64,000 bases of DNA from Alphaproteobacteria bacterium (lineage in GTDB: Bacteria > Pseudomonadota > Alphaproteobacteria > G965222575). Shown here in pieces: positions 7,540 through 17,725 of this stretch. How positions within the stretch are numbered: position 1 is the stretch's first letter; the number at the start of each line of letters is the position of its first letter. Position numbers and translations under genes: made by a program. The notes beneath the pieces are model-generated. The model was not told where the DNA came from, searched no databases, and saw nothing but the letters and a program-made list of their open reading frames with translations. The DNA is taken from positions 672,001 to 736,000 of the forward strand of contig OZ244958.1 of assembly GCA_965222575.1 (NCBI GenBank), given 5' to 3'.

Positions 7540-10356
7540 ATGACGAGTTTACCTTTTTCTAGTCGCCATGTTGGATTGAGTGAGTCCCGTCAACGTCATA
7601 TGTTGAAGGTTTTAGGGTACGGGGAAGTGGAGGAGTTGATAAGAGCGGTGATTCCGTCTGATATTTTAGAGATGGAAGAGTCTGCTGAGCTAGGGGAGGG
7701 CATGGAGGAGGAGGCGGTTGCGGAGCATTTGAAGGGGTTAGCAGGGGAGAATATTCTGCTTAAGTCTCTGATTGGGCAGGGGTATTATGCCACTGTGATG
7801 CCCTCTGTGATTAGACGTAATGTGTTGAATAATCCGGCTTGGTATACGGCTTATACGCCTTATCAGGCGGAGATTTCTCAAGGGAGGCTGGAGGCGTTGG
7901 CGAATTTTCAAACACTGGTGGCGGATTTAACAGCCCTTGAGATTGCGGGCGCGTCTTTACTGGATGAAGCCACAGCAGCAGCAGAAGCTATGGGCATGTG
8001 TTTGCGTCTTCGAGGGAAGAAGAGCTTTTTTGTTTCCTCTACCTGTCATCCTCAGACCATTTCTGTTTTACAAACGAGAGCATCTTGCATGGGGGTGAAG
8101 TTGATACTAGGAGAGCCGAAAGAGGCACTGAAGCATGAGCTGTGCGGGGTGTTGTTACAATATCCTGATACTTTAGGGTTTGTGGAAGACATGGGTGAGA
8201 GCATAGGAGCACTTCATGAACGAGAGGTTGTGGTTGTGGTTGCTACGGATTTGTTAGCGTTGACGCTTCTAAAGCCGCCGGGAGAGATGGGGGCGGATAT
8301 TGCCGTTGGCAGTGCGCAGCGATTTGGTGTACCTCTTTTCTTTGGCGGTCCTCATGCGGGATTTATCGCTACAAAAGACGCCTTCAAAAGGTCTTTGCCG
8401 GGGCGACTTATTGGGGTTTCAAAAGATAGTCAGGGGAATCCTTGCTACCGCATGGCGCTTCAAACCCGTGAGCAACATATCCGGCGCCAGAAAGCGACCT
8501 CTAATATCTGTACGGCACAAGCACTTCTAGCGATACTCGCTAGTTTCTATGGCCTTTGGCATGGAGCAGAGGGACTCAAAGTGATTGCAAGTCGTATCAG
8601 GCGTCTTGCTTTGCGCTTTGCATCCAGTATGCACGCTTCCTCTACTCCCCCCCTGTTTAGCTCCTTTTTTGATACCGTAACCCTCCACAGCGGTCAGGCT
8701 ACAGAGTCTCTGTTGTGTGCGGCTAGAGAGGCGGGATTTAACCTCCGTAAAGTGGATAATCAGCGTTTGAGCGTTTCTGTGGATGAGACCACAACGCAAC
8801 TCGATATAGATGTCCTGATAAAAGCCCTCGGGGCAACCCCTCAAGCTGCTAGTACCATAGAAGAAGAGACAACGCGAAGACGCACTTCTTTTATGACTCA
8901 CCCAGTGTTTCACCGCTATCGTAACGAAACCGATATGATGCGATACATGAGAGAGTTAGCCGATAAAGACATGGCTTTGGATAGAACAATGATACCGCTT
9001 GGGTCTTGTACTATGAAGCTGAATGCCTCTTGTTTAATGGATGGTATAGCGTTGGAAGGGTTTGCACACTTACACCCCTTTGTGCCAAAAGAGCAGGCAA
9101 GAGGATATGAGAAACTTATCAACGCTTTAGAACAACAGCTTTGTGCTATGACAGGATTTGATGCCTTCAGTGTACAGCCTAATTCGGGGGCTAATGGGGA
9201 GTATGCGGGACTATTAGCCATTGCTCGTTACCATGAAAGCTGTGGACAAGGGCAGCGCTCTGTCTGCTTGATTCCCACCTCTGCTCATGGCACCAATCCA
9301 GCGTCTGCTCATATGATGGGCATGGAGGTCGTAGAAGTCGCCTGTACCAAAGACGGCAATCTTGATGTCCTAGACCTCAACGCTAAAAGTGTAGCCTACA
9401 AAGACACACTAGGGGCGCTCATGATAACCTATCCCTCAACGCACGGAGTTTTTGAAGATACCATTCAGGAAGTGTGTCAGATTGTTCATAGGAATGGCGG
9501 ACAGGTTTATATGGATGGTGCTAATATGAATGCCCTTGCAGGTCTTACCTATCCGGGCAAGTTCGGTGCTGATGTTGCCCATTTGAATCTCCATAAGACC
9601 TTTGCTATTCCACACGGCGGCGGTGGGCCGGGCGTAGGCCCTATTGGGGTGAAAGCGCATCTTGCCCCTTTCTTACCGCCTTCTCCTTTGACAAAAGAGA
9701 ACCAATACACACCAACTGGTGCTGTAGCAGCAGCCCCTTTTGGGTCGGCGGGTGTTTTGCCTATCTCTTATGCTTACATACTCTTACTAGGGAAAAAGGG
9801 TATTCCCTTTGTGTCAAAAATGGCGATTTTAGCTGCTAATTATCTTCAGACTCGCCTAGCGTCTTACTACCGCGTTTTATACACGGGAAAAAATGGTCTT
9901 GTTGCCCATGAGTGTATATTGGATATCAGACCTATTGAGAAAGAAACAGGCGTTACTGCCGAAGACATTTCGAAACGTCTGATGGATTACAATTTTCATG
10001 CCCCTACTATGTCTTTTCCTGTCCCCGGCACTCTGATGATTGAGCCGACTGAATCGGAATCCTTTGAGGAGCTTGAACGCTTTGTGGAGGCTATGATACA
10101 GATTGCTAAGGAAATTGAAGAGATAAAAACGAAAAAAGCCCCTAGAGAGGACAATGTTTTCAAAGGGGCGCCTCATACGGCAGTGGTGGTGTGTGCTGAT
10201 ACTTGGAGACATGCTTATAGTAGAGAAAAAGCTGCGTATCCTTTACCTGTTTTGAAGAAGAGGAAAGTTTGGCCTGCTGTTAGTCGTATTGATAACGCTT
10301 ATGGTGATAGGAACATCTTTTGTTCTTGTATTGAGATGACGGCGGTGGACTCTTAG
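7540..10356 (+). CDS. gcvP: Glycine dehydrogenase (decarboxylating), single-chain P protein
   Basis: YTAYTPYQAEISQGRLE, QTREQHIRR, MIPLGSCTMKLN, HLNLHKTF, HGGGGPG. Confidence 0.97.
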   Translation: MTSLPFSSRHVGLSESRQRHMLKVLGYGEVEELIRAVIPSDILEMEESAELGEGMEEEAVAEHLKGLAGENILLKSLIGQGYYATVMPSVIRRNVLNNPAWYTAYTPYQAEISQGRLEALANFQTLVADLTALEIAGASLLDEATAAAEAMGMCLRLRGKKSFFVSSTCHPQTISVLQTRASCMGVKLILGEPKEALKHELCGVLLQYPDTLGFVEDMGESIGALHEREVVVVVATDLLALTLLKPPGEMGADIAVGSAQRFGVPLFFGGPHAGFIATKDAFKRSLPGRLIGVSKDSQGNPCYRMALQTREQHIRRQKATSNICTAQALLAILASFYGLWHGAEGLKVIASRIRRLALRFASSMHASSTPPLFSSFFDTVTLHSGQATESLLCAAREAGFNLRKVDNQRLSVSVDETTTQLDIDVLIKALGATPQAASTIEEETTRRRTSFMTHPVFHRYRNETDMMRYMRELADKDMALDRTMIPLGSCTMKLNASCLMDGIALEGFAHLHPFVPKEQARGYEKLINALEQQLCAMTGFDAFSVQPNSGANGEYAGLLAIARYHESCGQGQRSVCLIPTSAHGTNPASAHMMGMEVVEVACTKDGNLDVLDLNAKSVAYKDTLGALMITYPSTHGVFEDTIQEVCQIVHRNGGQVYMDGANMNALAGLTYPGKFGADVAHLNLHKTFAIPHGGGGPGVGPIGVKAHLAPFLPPSPLTKENQYTPTGAVAAAPFGSAGVLPISYAYILLLGKKGIPFVSKMAILAANYLQTRLASYYRVLYTGKNGLVAHECILDIRPIEKETGVTAEDISKRLMDYNFHAPTMSFPVPGTLMIEPTESESFEELERFVEAMIQIAKEIEEIKTKKAPREDNVFKGAPHTAVVVCADTWRHAYSREKAAYPLPVLKKRKVWPAVSRIDNAYGDRNIFCSCIEMTAVDS

Positions 10357-12977
10357 GATAGGAGGGCTTCTTGTAGTCTTGCTTTTAGGGTGCGGGCGGT
10401 TGAGTGTTGGGCTTTTGTTTCTGCAATGGCTTTTTTTGGGGCTTTTTCAAGGAAAGTGCGTGAGAGGAGGCGGGCATTGAGAATCTGTAGAGTTTTCTCA
10501 GTGGTGGCTATTTTCTTTTTGATGGCGTTTTTTTGTGCTCTAAAGTCCTGTGCGTTTTCACTAGAGAATGTTCCCATGATATCTTTGTTGATGACGATTT
10601 TGAATCCTTTTGTTGTCTTGGAGTCTTTTGTCATGTTGGTCATTTTATAGAGGAATGCTTGATAGTGTTGGCATAGTTTTTGGGTTTTTGGGTTTTTGTA
10701 GTGTAAGGCGAGGGGGAGGGGTTGGTGTTGTGGCAATCCTATATCGGCTTTAGCTGTGCGAATATTTTCTATGTATGCGATGAGGGTTGGGATAGTTTTA
10801 TCTTGTTGAGTGGAGGGGGAGGTGTTGGTGTTGAGGAGAGGGGAGAAGGTTTGAGCTGCTAGCAGGGAGGAGTTGTGTTGTTTGTATTGCCATAGTTCTT
10901 CTGTGACGAAGGGGATGAAGGGGTGTAGGCATTTGAGAGTTTCGTCTAGGATGAAGCTGGTGGTGTGGCGTATTTCTTTGGCGGCGGAATCGGAAGAGAG
11001 GGGTAGGGCGTATTTTATATATTCTAGGTACCAATCGCATAGGCGGTGCCATGTGAAGTGGTATAGTGCGTGGGAGGCAGCGTCGAATCGGTAAGAAGCA
11101 AGGGATTGTTTCAGGGTTTTGCGGGTAGTGATGAGGTGGTGTAGTATCCAGTTACACCAGGGATTTTTGAGGGTTAGAGGTGAGAAAGTGTTGGGATGGG
11201 TTTGACAATTGTTTAGGAAGCAAAAGCGTGCGGCGTTCCAAATTTTTGTGATGAAGTTGCGATATCCTAGGGTGCGTTGTTCTGATAATTTTATATCTGT
11301 ACCCTGAGCGGCCATGGAGGAGAGTGTAAAGCGTAAGGCATCTGTTCCTATTGTGTTCATCCAGTTTTGTGGATTGATGACATTGCCTTTTGTTTTAGAC
11401 ATTTTTTGTCCTTTTTCGTCCAGCACGAGATTGTGGATATAGACGTGTTTGAAAGGAGGCTTGTGTGTAAAATAGAGGGACATCAAAATCATACGGGCGA
11501 CCCAAAAGAAGATGATATCAAAGCCTGTAGAGAGCACAGAGGTAGGGTAGTACCGTGTAAAGTCTTGAGTTTTTTCGGGCCATCCCATGGTACTGAAGGG
11601 CCAAAGAGCGGAAGAGAACCAAGTGTCTAGCACATCGGTTTCTGGTGTGAGGGGGAGGGTCTTGCCGTAGGTTTTTTTAGCTTGTTGTTGTGCGGCCTCT
11701 AGGGTTTCTGCGACGAAGATTTTCTGGTCAGGTCCGTACCAAGCGGGGATTGAGTGTCCCCACCATAATTGTCGTGAAATGCACCAAGGTTCAATGTTAC
11801 GCATCCAGTGGAAATAGGTTTTTTCCCAAGATTTTGGGAAGAAAGTGACCTCTCCTTTTCGGACGCTTTCTATAGCGGCAGGCGCCATTTTCTCAACATC
11901 CAAAAACCATTGTAGCATTAAGCGTGGTTCAATAATTGTCTTAGAGCGTTCGCCGTAAGGCACTGTGTGAGTAATGTTCTGTATTTTGTCTAGCAGGTTT
12001 TCTTTCTTGAGCATATCAATGACATGTTGTCGGGCTTTACGTCTTTCCATTCCTTGTAATGGGGTGTGTTCATTGAGGTCTCCGGAGGGGGTGAGGATGG
12101 TGATGGAAGGGAGTCTGTGCCGTTTACCCACTTGAAAGTCCTGAAAGTCGTGGGCGGGGGTGATTTTCACAACGCCACTGCCTTTTGCGGGGTCTGCGTA
12201 AGAGTCGGCAATGATAGGCACTGTCCTGTTGGTAAGTGGCACCTGTACGCGTTGACCAACGAGAGAAGAGAAGCGTGTATCTTCAGGGTGAACAGCCACA
12301 GCTGTATCTCCAAATAAGGTCTCAGGACGGGTTGTTGCCACAGTGAGGCTTTTTGTGTCTCCTACTAGAGGATACTGTAGATAATATAATGTCCCTTTTT
12401 CCTCCTTAGAAATGACTTCAAGGTCTGAAATGGCTGTTTGTAATTGACAATCCCAGTTCACGAGGCGATGAGAGCGGTAAATAAGACCATCACGGTACAG
12501 GGTGATAAAGACCTTTTGGACGGCTTTGGAGTATCCTTTATCCAAAGTGAAGCGCTGTCTGGAAAAGTCACAGGAACACCCGAGGTCTTTGAGCTGTTGT
12601 AGAATGTGGGGTTTTGTGTTGTCTACCCAAGTCCATAGGGCTTGTTGGAATTTTTCTTTTCCTAAGGCTGTGCGGGTGAGATTTTGCTTTTCAAGGTCTC
12701 TTTCCACCATTAATTGTGTGGCGATACCGGCGTGGTCTACGCCGGGAATCCAGAGAACTTCTTTTCCTTCAAGGCGGTGAAATCGACAGAGAATGTCCTG
12801 TAAGGTATTGTTCAGTGCATGTCCCATATGCAAAGACCCGGTAATATTCGGCGGCGGAATCACTAAAGAATAAGGGGGTTTTTCAGAAGAAGCGGTGGCC
12901 TTGAATACTTTGGCATTATCCCATAAATCAAGGAGCTTTTTTTCTATTGCTACTGTATAACGGGGGAGGATGGTCAT
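10353..12977 (-). CDS. valS: Valine--tRNA ligase
   Basis: PPPNITGSLHMGH, DHAGIATQ, ATTRPET, WCISRQLWWGH, KMSKTKGN. Confidence 0.98.
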   Translation of the reverse strand: MTILPRYTVAIEKKLLDLWDNAKVFKATASSEKPPYSLVIPPPNITGSLHMGHALNNTLQDILCRFHRLEGKEVLWIPGVDHAGIATQLMVERDLEKQNLTRTALGKEKFQQALWTWVDNTKPHILQQLKDLGCSCDFSRQRFTLDKGYSKAVQKVFITLYRDGLIYRSHRLVNWDCQLQTAISDLEVISKEEKGTLYYLQYPLVGDTKSLTVATTRPETLFGDTAVAVHPEDTRFSSLVGQRVQVPLTNRTVPIIADSYADPAKGSGVVKITPAHDFQDFQVGKRHRLPSITILTPSGDLNEHTPLQGMERRKARQHVIDMLKKENLLDKIQNITHTVPYGERSKTIIEPRLMLQWFLDVEKMAPAAIESVRKGEVTFFPKSWEKTYFHWMRNIEPWCISRQLWWGHSIPAWYGPDQKIFVAETLEAAQQQAKKTYGKTLPLTPETDVLDTWFSSALWPFSTMGWPEKTQDFTRYYPTSVLSTGFDIIFFWVARMILMSLYFTHKPPFKHVYIHNLVLDEKGQKMSKTKGNVINPQNWMNTIGTDALRFTLSSMAAQGTDIKLSEQRTLGYRNFITKIWNAARFCFLNNCQTHPNTFSPLTLKNPWCNWILHHLITTRKTLKQSLASYRFDAASHALYHFTWHRLCDWYLEYIKYALPLSSDSAAKEIRHTTSFILDETLKCLHPFIPFVTEELWQYKQHNSSLLAAQTFSPLLNTNTSPSTQQDKTIPTLIAYIENIRTAKADIGLPQHQPLPLALHYKNPKTQKLCQHYQAFLYKMTNMTKDSKTTKGFKIVINKDIMGTFSSENAQDFRAQKNAIKKKIATTEKTLQILNARLLSRTFLEKAPKKAIAETKAQHSTARTLKARLQEALLS

Positions 12978-12987
12978 GCCTTGCGCT

Positions 12988-14328
12988 TCAGAAGAGGATT
13001 TTATTGGTTTTAAGTGTTTCTAAAAGCGCTTGTAGAGTTAAAGTACCCTTCAATTTCCAAAGTGTCAAAAGGCTTAAATGGAAGTCTTGTTCAGCGCGCA
13101 GTTTGTCAATTTCTGCCTCAATCATTTTGACTTCAGCCTCTAAGGTCTCTAAAAAAGTTTTTTGCCCGCTTTGTTGCTGTGCCTTTGTCATGATGAGAAT
13201 ATCGCTGGCAATTTTTATGGCAAGGAGTGCCGACTCTTTTTTCGTCTGGGCGATTTTGACATGGTTTAAGGCGTTCACTAGGTCGTATTCCAGTTTGTCT
13301 TGACTGATTCTCAAATTGAGAGTGAGCACTTGGTATTGGCTTTGTGCTCTTTGTGTGCTGCGGAGGTTTTGTCCGCCGCTGAACAGAGGAATGTCAAGCT
13401 GAAATCCTATGGCCCCACTATACCGCGAAGGATTTTGTTGGGAGGTCTTATTTTGTGGGGGTTTTCTATAAAGACCAAGAGAGAAAGACACATGAAAGTC
13501 CAAAGAGGGTCCAAAATTTTTCTTAGCGAGGTTTTTATCAATTTCGGACATTGCTATGGAGAGCTTTGTGGTGCGTATCTGGGCATTTGTAATGGAAAAA
13601 CTCTCTAAAATTTTTTCAGGCGGTAGCGGAGATAAGGTGATGGTGATGGTTGGTAGCGATAAGTCTTTTGCCTCTTCCCCTATGGCCATACGAAAGAGGA
13701 CTTGTTGTGCGTCTAAGGTACTTTGCGCTTCAGAGACCTGTGTCATGGCTTGTAGGTGCTTTTGTTTGGCTTGTGCGACTTCTAAAGCTGTATAGCTCCC
13801 TATCTCAAATCTTTTTTGGGCAATGGTGAGGTAGTTGGCAAAAAGGCGTTGGGATTTTTTCCTTAGAGCTTGTACTTGTTGTGCTATTAAGGTGTTGATA
13901 TAAACATTGGCTGTGTCATACACAAGGGATTGCTCTGTGACTTTCCTTTCTAAGAGAGCTTTTTCTAGAGCTAAGCGGGCTTTTTTTACAGCCAAAGCTT
14001 CTGTTCCTAACAGGCTGATTCTGCCGCTTAGACTTAAAGTATCCTCTTGGTGTTCTAGACTTTCTACTACAGGGTGTGACTGCCCTTTTATAGGGGCGTG
14101 AAAGTTGGAGCGCAGAGATATCTTTGGTAGAAACTGACTTTGGGCATCTTTGACTGCTAACTGAGAGAGGAAAATTTTTTCATCAGCTATCTGTAGTGTT
14201 TTACTGTTCTCTAGGGCTTTTTGCAGGCTTTGCTCAAGGGGTTCTGCTTGTACTGCTAAAGTGGTTATGAGACTGAAACAGACAAGGCATCTGAGAAGGC
14301 ATCGAGTATAAAAAGGGACTACGGACAT
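12988..14328 (-). CDS. TolC-family outer membrane channel
   Basis: Signal peptide (AVQA), two OEP-like repeats (RFEIGSYTALEV; IPLFSGG; GQKTFLETLEAE), and position in the pcm-tolC-valS cluster. Confidence 0.8.
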   Translation of the reverse strand: MSVVPFYTRCLLRCLVCFSLITTLAVQAEPLEQSLQKALENSKTLQIADEKIFLSQLAVKDAQSQFLPKISLRSNFHAPIKGQSHPVVESLEHQEDTLSLSGRISLLGTEALAVKKARLALEKALLERKVTEQSLVYDTANVYINTLIAQQVQALRKKSQRLFANYLTIAQKRFEIGSYTALEVAQAKQKHLQAMTQVSEAQSTLDAQQVLFRMAIGEEAKDLSLPTITITLSPLPPEKILESFSITNAQIRTTKLSIAMSEIDKNLAKKNFGPSLDFHVSFSLGLYRKPPQNKTSQQNPSRYSGAIGFQLDIPLFSGGQNLRSTQRAQSQYQVLTLNLRISQDKLEYDLVNALNHVKIAQTKKESALLAIKIASDILIMTKAQQQSGQKTFLETLEAEVKMIEAEIDKLRAEQDFHLSLLTLWKLKGTLTLQALLETLKTNKILF

Positions 14329-14399
14329 GCTTTTGTCTGTTCATTGATTGGCGTTATCAATTTATCGTAATGGGAAGAGTCTGTCTAGTGCAGATTCTG

Positions 14400-15047
14400 C
14401 TAGTTGTGGGTACAACAAGAGGGGATAAGGGGCATTTTGGTTTCAAATAGCACCCGTTTACCGATGTTTCCTTTTTGTGTTTTTTCATAGAGGACGGCTT
14501 CCCCGATTGTTGTGTTAAGGCCGCACAAGAGTCTACCCCCCGGTACTAGGAGGGGGAAGAAAGTGGTGAGACAAGATTCCTCTACAGCACCAAAGAGTCC
14601 GATAAGGTCAACAGGTGAAGATGTTTCTAGTTGATAGGGGGACTGGTGGCAGAGAGTCACTTTGCTTTTGGGGTAGAGAGACAGAGCCTGTTGTGCTTGG
14701 CGTATGAGGGGTTCATGGCTTTCTGTTCCTGTGACCTGTTTGACGAGATGGGAGAGGAGGGCGACTTCGAATCCTGTTGCGCATTCTATGACGAGGGCTT
14801 TCATGTGGGGAGCGGGTTTCGCCTGTTGTAGGAGTCGTGCGGTGATTTCAGGGGTGAGATAAGTCCGTTTGCATTCTAGAGGAATCATGGCATCGGAATA
14901 GGCAACGGACTGAAATTTTTGTGGAACGAAGAGGTTGCGTTCTGTTTTCAGGAAGGCGTCTAACACGCCTTCGTGCACAATCCGTGCTGGCATCAGTTGG
15001 TTACGCACCATATTCAGATGGGCTAAAGAAGAGGAAGAGGTAGGCAT
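14400..15047 (-). CDS. pcm: Protein-L-isoaspartate O-methyltransferase family protein (divergent)
   Basis: NMVRNQL, RNLFVP...AYSD, LVPGGRL; lies upstream of tolC. Confidence 0.8.
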   Translation of the reverse strand: MPTSSSSLAHLNMVRNQLMPARIVHEGVLDAFLKTERNLFVPQKFQSVAYSDAMIPLECKRTYLTPEITARLLQQAKPAPHMKALVIECATGFEVALLSHLVKQVTGTESHEPLIRQAQQALSLYPKSKVTLCHQSPYQLETSSPVDLIGLFGAVEESCLTTFFPLLVPGGRLLCGLNTTIGEAVLYEKTQKGNIGKRVLFETKMPLIPSCCTHN

Positions 15048-15137
15048 TTTTTCATGAGATTACCTTCTGCAGGGGAGGTTTTCATTGACATTTCTTGAAG
15101 AGAAGTGTTGTCTGTAGGGAGATATGGGGTGTTTTTT

Positions 15138-15208
15138 GGCCTGGTAGCAGAGTGGTTATGCAACGGCCTGCAAAGCCGTCTAGGCCGGTTCGATTCCGGC
15201 CCAGGCCT
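15138..15208 (+). tRNA. tRNA-Cys (GCA)
   Basis: Acceptor stem ggcctgg/ccaggcc, anticodon arm acggc-ctGCAaa-gccgt, T-loop ggttcgattcc, U discriminator. CCA not encoded. Confidence 0.96.
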
Positions 15209-15209
15209 T

Positions 15210-15977
15210 TCACGAGACCAAGGCCTCTTTCAAGGCATAAAACATGCGCCCCCCGCAGCAAAAGATTTTCACACGTGATTGTGACCATATCTCTGAAAGT
15301 AACGCAAGAGGCTTAACACTTCCTTCTTTTGAGTCAACAGTTGTCACATCGGCACCGCTCAGAGACACAATATGAAGAGCGCTCATCACCTCTAGGGGAA
15401 AGACGTTGTCATAGAAGCCATCCACGGACCCGCTAGCGACAAAACAGAGTTCTAAGACTCTGTCTCCTAACAATCTGAAAGAAAAAGGCTTCTCTGGGAG
15501 AGGATGAGAATGGATGAGGAGGCTTTCTTCTAGAACTGAGGTTGAAGGGCCGAAAATAGCGTCTTCATTTAAGGTAGTGCCCGTTCCTTTCAGACCACAG
15601 AACATGAGATTTAACAGAGGGGAGAACACGACGGAGTGGGTGAGTTCTTTTTCTTGTATCAGGGAGAGAGAGAGAGAGAAAAACGGCACGCCTCTTATAA
15701 AATTTTCAAATCCGCAAAGGGGGGTCATCACGAGACAGAGTGCGGGGAGGGATGGAGGTGGTTTTTCCACACTGTTGATGAGGGGGGCTTGTATGCCGTT
15801 ACGATTGAGATAGTGTTGTGTTTGTTCTACTACCTTTTGTCGTGTGCGGCGTGCGAAAGCGTTTTTATCCCCTTGAATATGTTTGAGTTCTCTCCAGTCT
15901 CGATTGAGGCTTTTAGAGGCTTCCCAGAGGCTTTCCTTTAGGGTATAGAGTGTTTTATCTTCTTGTAATCGGCGCAT
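15210..15977 (-). CDS. suhB: Inositol monophosphatase/SuhB family protein (degenerate active site)
   Basis: TPLCGFENFIRGVPFF (cf. DPLDGTxNF), LELCFVASGSVDG. Downstream of efp, as in many alphaproteobacteria. ATG 15977 preferred as start. Confidence 0.75.
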   Translation of the reverse strand: MRRLQEDKTLYTLKESLWEASKSLNRDWRELKHIQGDKNAFARRTRQKVVEQTQHYLNRNGIQAPLINSVEKPPPSLPALCLVMTPLCGFENFIRGVPFFSLSLSLIQEKELTHSVVFSPLLNLMFCGLKGTGTTLNEDAIFGPSTSVLEESLLIHSHPLPEKPFSFRLLGDRVLELCFVASGSVDGFYDNVFPLEVMSALHIVSLSGADVTTVDSKEGSVKPLALLSEIWSQSRVKIFCCGGRMFYALKEALVS

Positions 15978-15978
15978 G

Positions 15979-16542
15979 TCAGTCTGCTTTTTTGACATAG
16001 CGTCCATCTTCTGTAGCAATGACAATTTTCATACCGACTTCCACATGAGAGGGCACGGAAATTTTCATACCATTGTCTAAAGTGGCGGATTTATAGGTAG
16101 AAGAGGCTGTTTGTCCTTTGAGATAGCCCTCTGCTTCGGTGACTTTGCAGGTGACCTGCGGTGGCATATGGATGCAAAGAGGCGTGTGATTGTGAAATTC
16201 AACTTCTAGGGGCATATTTTCCTTGAGAAATTTCGTATTGCCTAGCAAGGTCTCCTTAGGCACAGTGAGTTGCTCATATGTTTGGCCATTCATTAAGACC
16301 AACATCTCGCCGTCTGTGTAGAGATAGTGGAAGTCTTCTTGTTCTAGGCGCGCTTTTTCCACACTTTCAGAGGCTCTGAAGCGCTCTGTTTTTTTTGTAC
16401 CTTCTCCCAAAGACTTTAATTCCAGCTGGACATAAGCCCCGCCTTTGCCCGGTTGGGTATGGTCTCTTTTGGTGACGCGCCATAGCTTCCCTTGGTGATG
16501 AATCAAATGACCCGGACGCAGTGTGTTAGCGTTGATTTTCAT
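15979..16542 (-). CDS. efp: Elongation factor P
   Basis: TQPGKGGAYVQ, ERFR, TYEQ, KGQTASSTYK, GRYVKKA. Confidence 0.97.
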   Translation of the reverse strand: MKINANTLRPGHLIHHQGKLWRVTKRDHTQPGKGGAYVQLELKSLGEGTKKTERFRASESVEKARLEQEDFHYLYTDGEMLVLMNGQTYEQLTVPKETLLGNTKFLKENMPLEVEFHNHTPLCIHMPPQVTCKVTEAEGYLKGQTASSTYKSATLDNGMKISVPSHVEVGMKIVIATEDGRYVKKAD

Positions 16543-16551
16543 ACCTCAACG

Positions 16552-17550
16552 CTATCTTGTTTTTCGTGTGTCTTCAAGGGCTTTCCATAAAGAGACGCAA
16601 ATTGTTTCATGGGTTACCCTGTAAGGAGGAACGGGTTGGCTTGAGAGTGCAAGACTTGGGTCAAAGGGAAAAGAGCCTAAAAGCTTTACCTTCATCTGTG
16701 TGCTGAAGGTTTCCATATTCGTAGACGGCAAGATGGAGGTGGCTTTACCACAGTGGGGACACTTAAAGGCTGTCATGTTAGCAATGAGTCCTAACACGGG
16801 GATAGAAAGTGTCCTGAACATGGAAGCGGTGCGTTGCACATCATCTAAGGCAAGCTGTCCGGGCGTTGTAATCAGCACGGCAGTCATGGTCTTTGCTAGG
16901 GCTTTTGCGATACTCAAGGGCACATCTCCCGTACCGGGAGGAAAATCCAAAATCAACAGGTCTAGTTTTTGCCAATAGGTTTGAAATAACAACTGATAGG
17001 TTAGCTTTTGCATTACCGGCCCACGCCATATCCCTGCTTTGTCTTTTGGGATGATAAATCCTAAAGACATACACTGAATGTTCTCTACTAGGCAAGGAAT
17101 GAACTTGTTATCTTTGGTTTTGATTGAGTCAAAAGAGCCTAATAAAGCGGGCAAAGAAGGCCCTTGTAGATCCACATCTAAGAGTCCCACTGTTTTATTT
17201 TGAAGAGCAAAGGTTTTGGCGAGATTAAAGGCAATAGTGGATTTTCCTACGCCTCCTTTACCGGCTGCTACGGCTAAGATATGTTGAGCGGGCGCGGGGG
17301 GGGTAGGAGTCTGTTTTTTTTGCACATCTGGCTCCATGGACACAACGCATCGAGTCCCCAGAGAAAGGCGTGTACACCCTTGTTTGCAAGCCTCTTCTAG
17401 GCGTTTGGCTTCTGAAGATGATAGCCCTGTGGCTTCAATGACCACTGTTGCAATGCCTTTGGATAAAGAAGTGATCTGTACACGTTTTGCTGCGTTGAGG
17501 TCGGCAGGGAGAAGAGGCAAAAGACGGTCTAAAACCGTGGCAGTATCCAT
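16552..17550 (-). CDS. apbC: Mrp/ApbC (NBP35) Fe-S cluster carrier ATPase
   Basis: GKGGVGKST, LDVDLQGPS, IWRGP, DFPPGTGD, CPHC. Confidence 0.92.
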   Translation of the reverse strand: MDTATVLDRLLPLLPADLNAAKRVQITSLSKGIATVVIEATGLSSSEAKRLEEACKQGCTRLSLGTRCVVSMEPDVQKKQTPTPPAPAQHILAVAAGKGGVGKSTIAFNLAKTFALQNKTVGLLDVDLQGPSLPALLGSFDSIKTKDNKFIPCLVENIQCMSLGFIIPKDKAGIWRGPVMQKLTYQLLFQTYWQKLDLLILDFPPGTGDVPLSIAKALAKTMTAVLITTPGQLALDDVQRTASMFRTLSIPVLGLIANMTAFKCPHCGKATSILPSTNMETFSTQMKVKLLGSFPFDPSLALSSQPVPPYRVTHETICVSLWKALEDTRKTR

Positions 17551-17725
17551 AGACTGGAAAGGAAGAGCGGTGAGTTGGCGTGGTTCTTGTGACCTAGTAC
17601 TAGTATGATAACAGAAAAACGAGGGGTAAGAAAGGCAAGAGCTTGAAAGATTAGCTTGTGTGAAGGGAGAAGATTTGCTATAGGTATTATAGCTAGAGAT
17701 AACAGGTAGCCTGTGAGAGGGTGTT

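Noticed and set aside
15138-15208. Prophage or island integrated at tRNA-Cys (or at tRNA-Leu 34732-34814)
   Set aside because: No duplicated tRNA 3' end and no integrase; both tRNAs are flanked by housekeeping genes.
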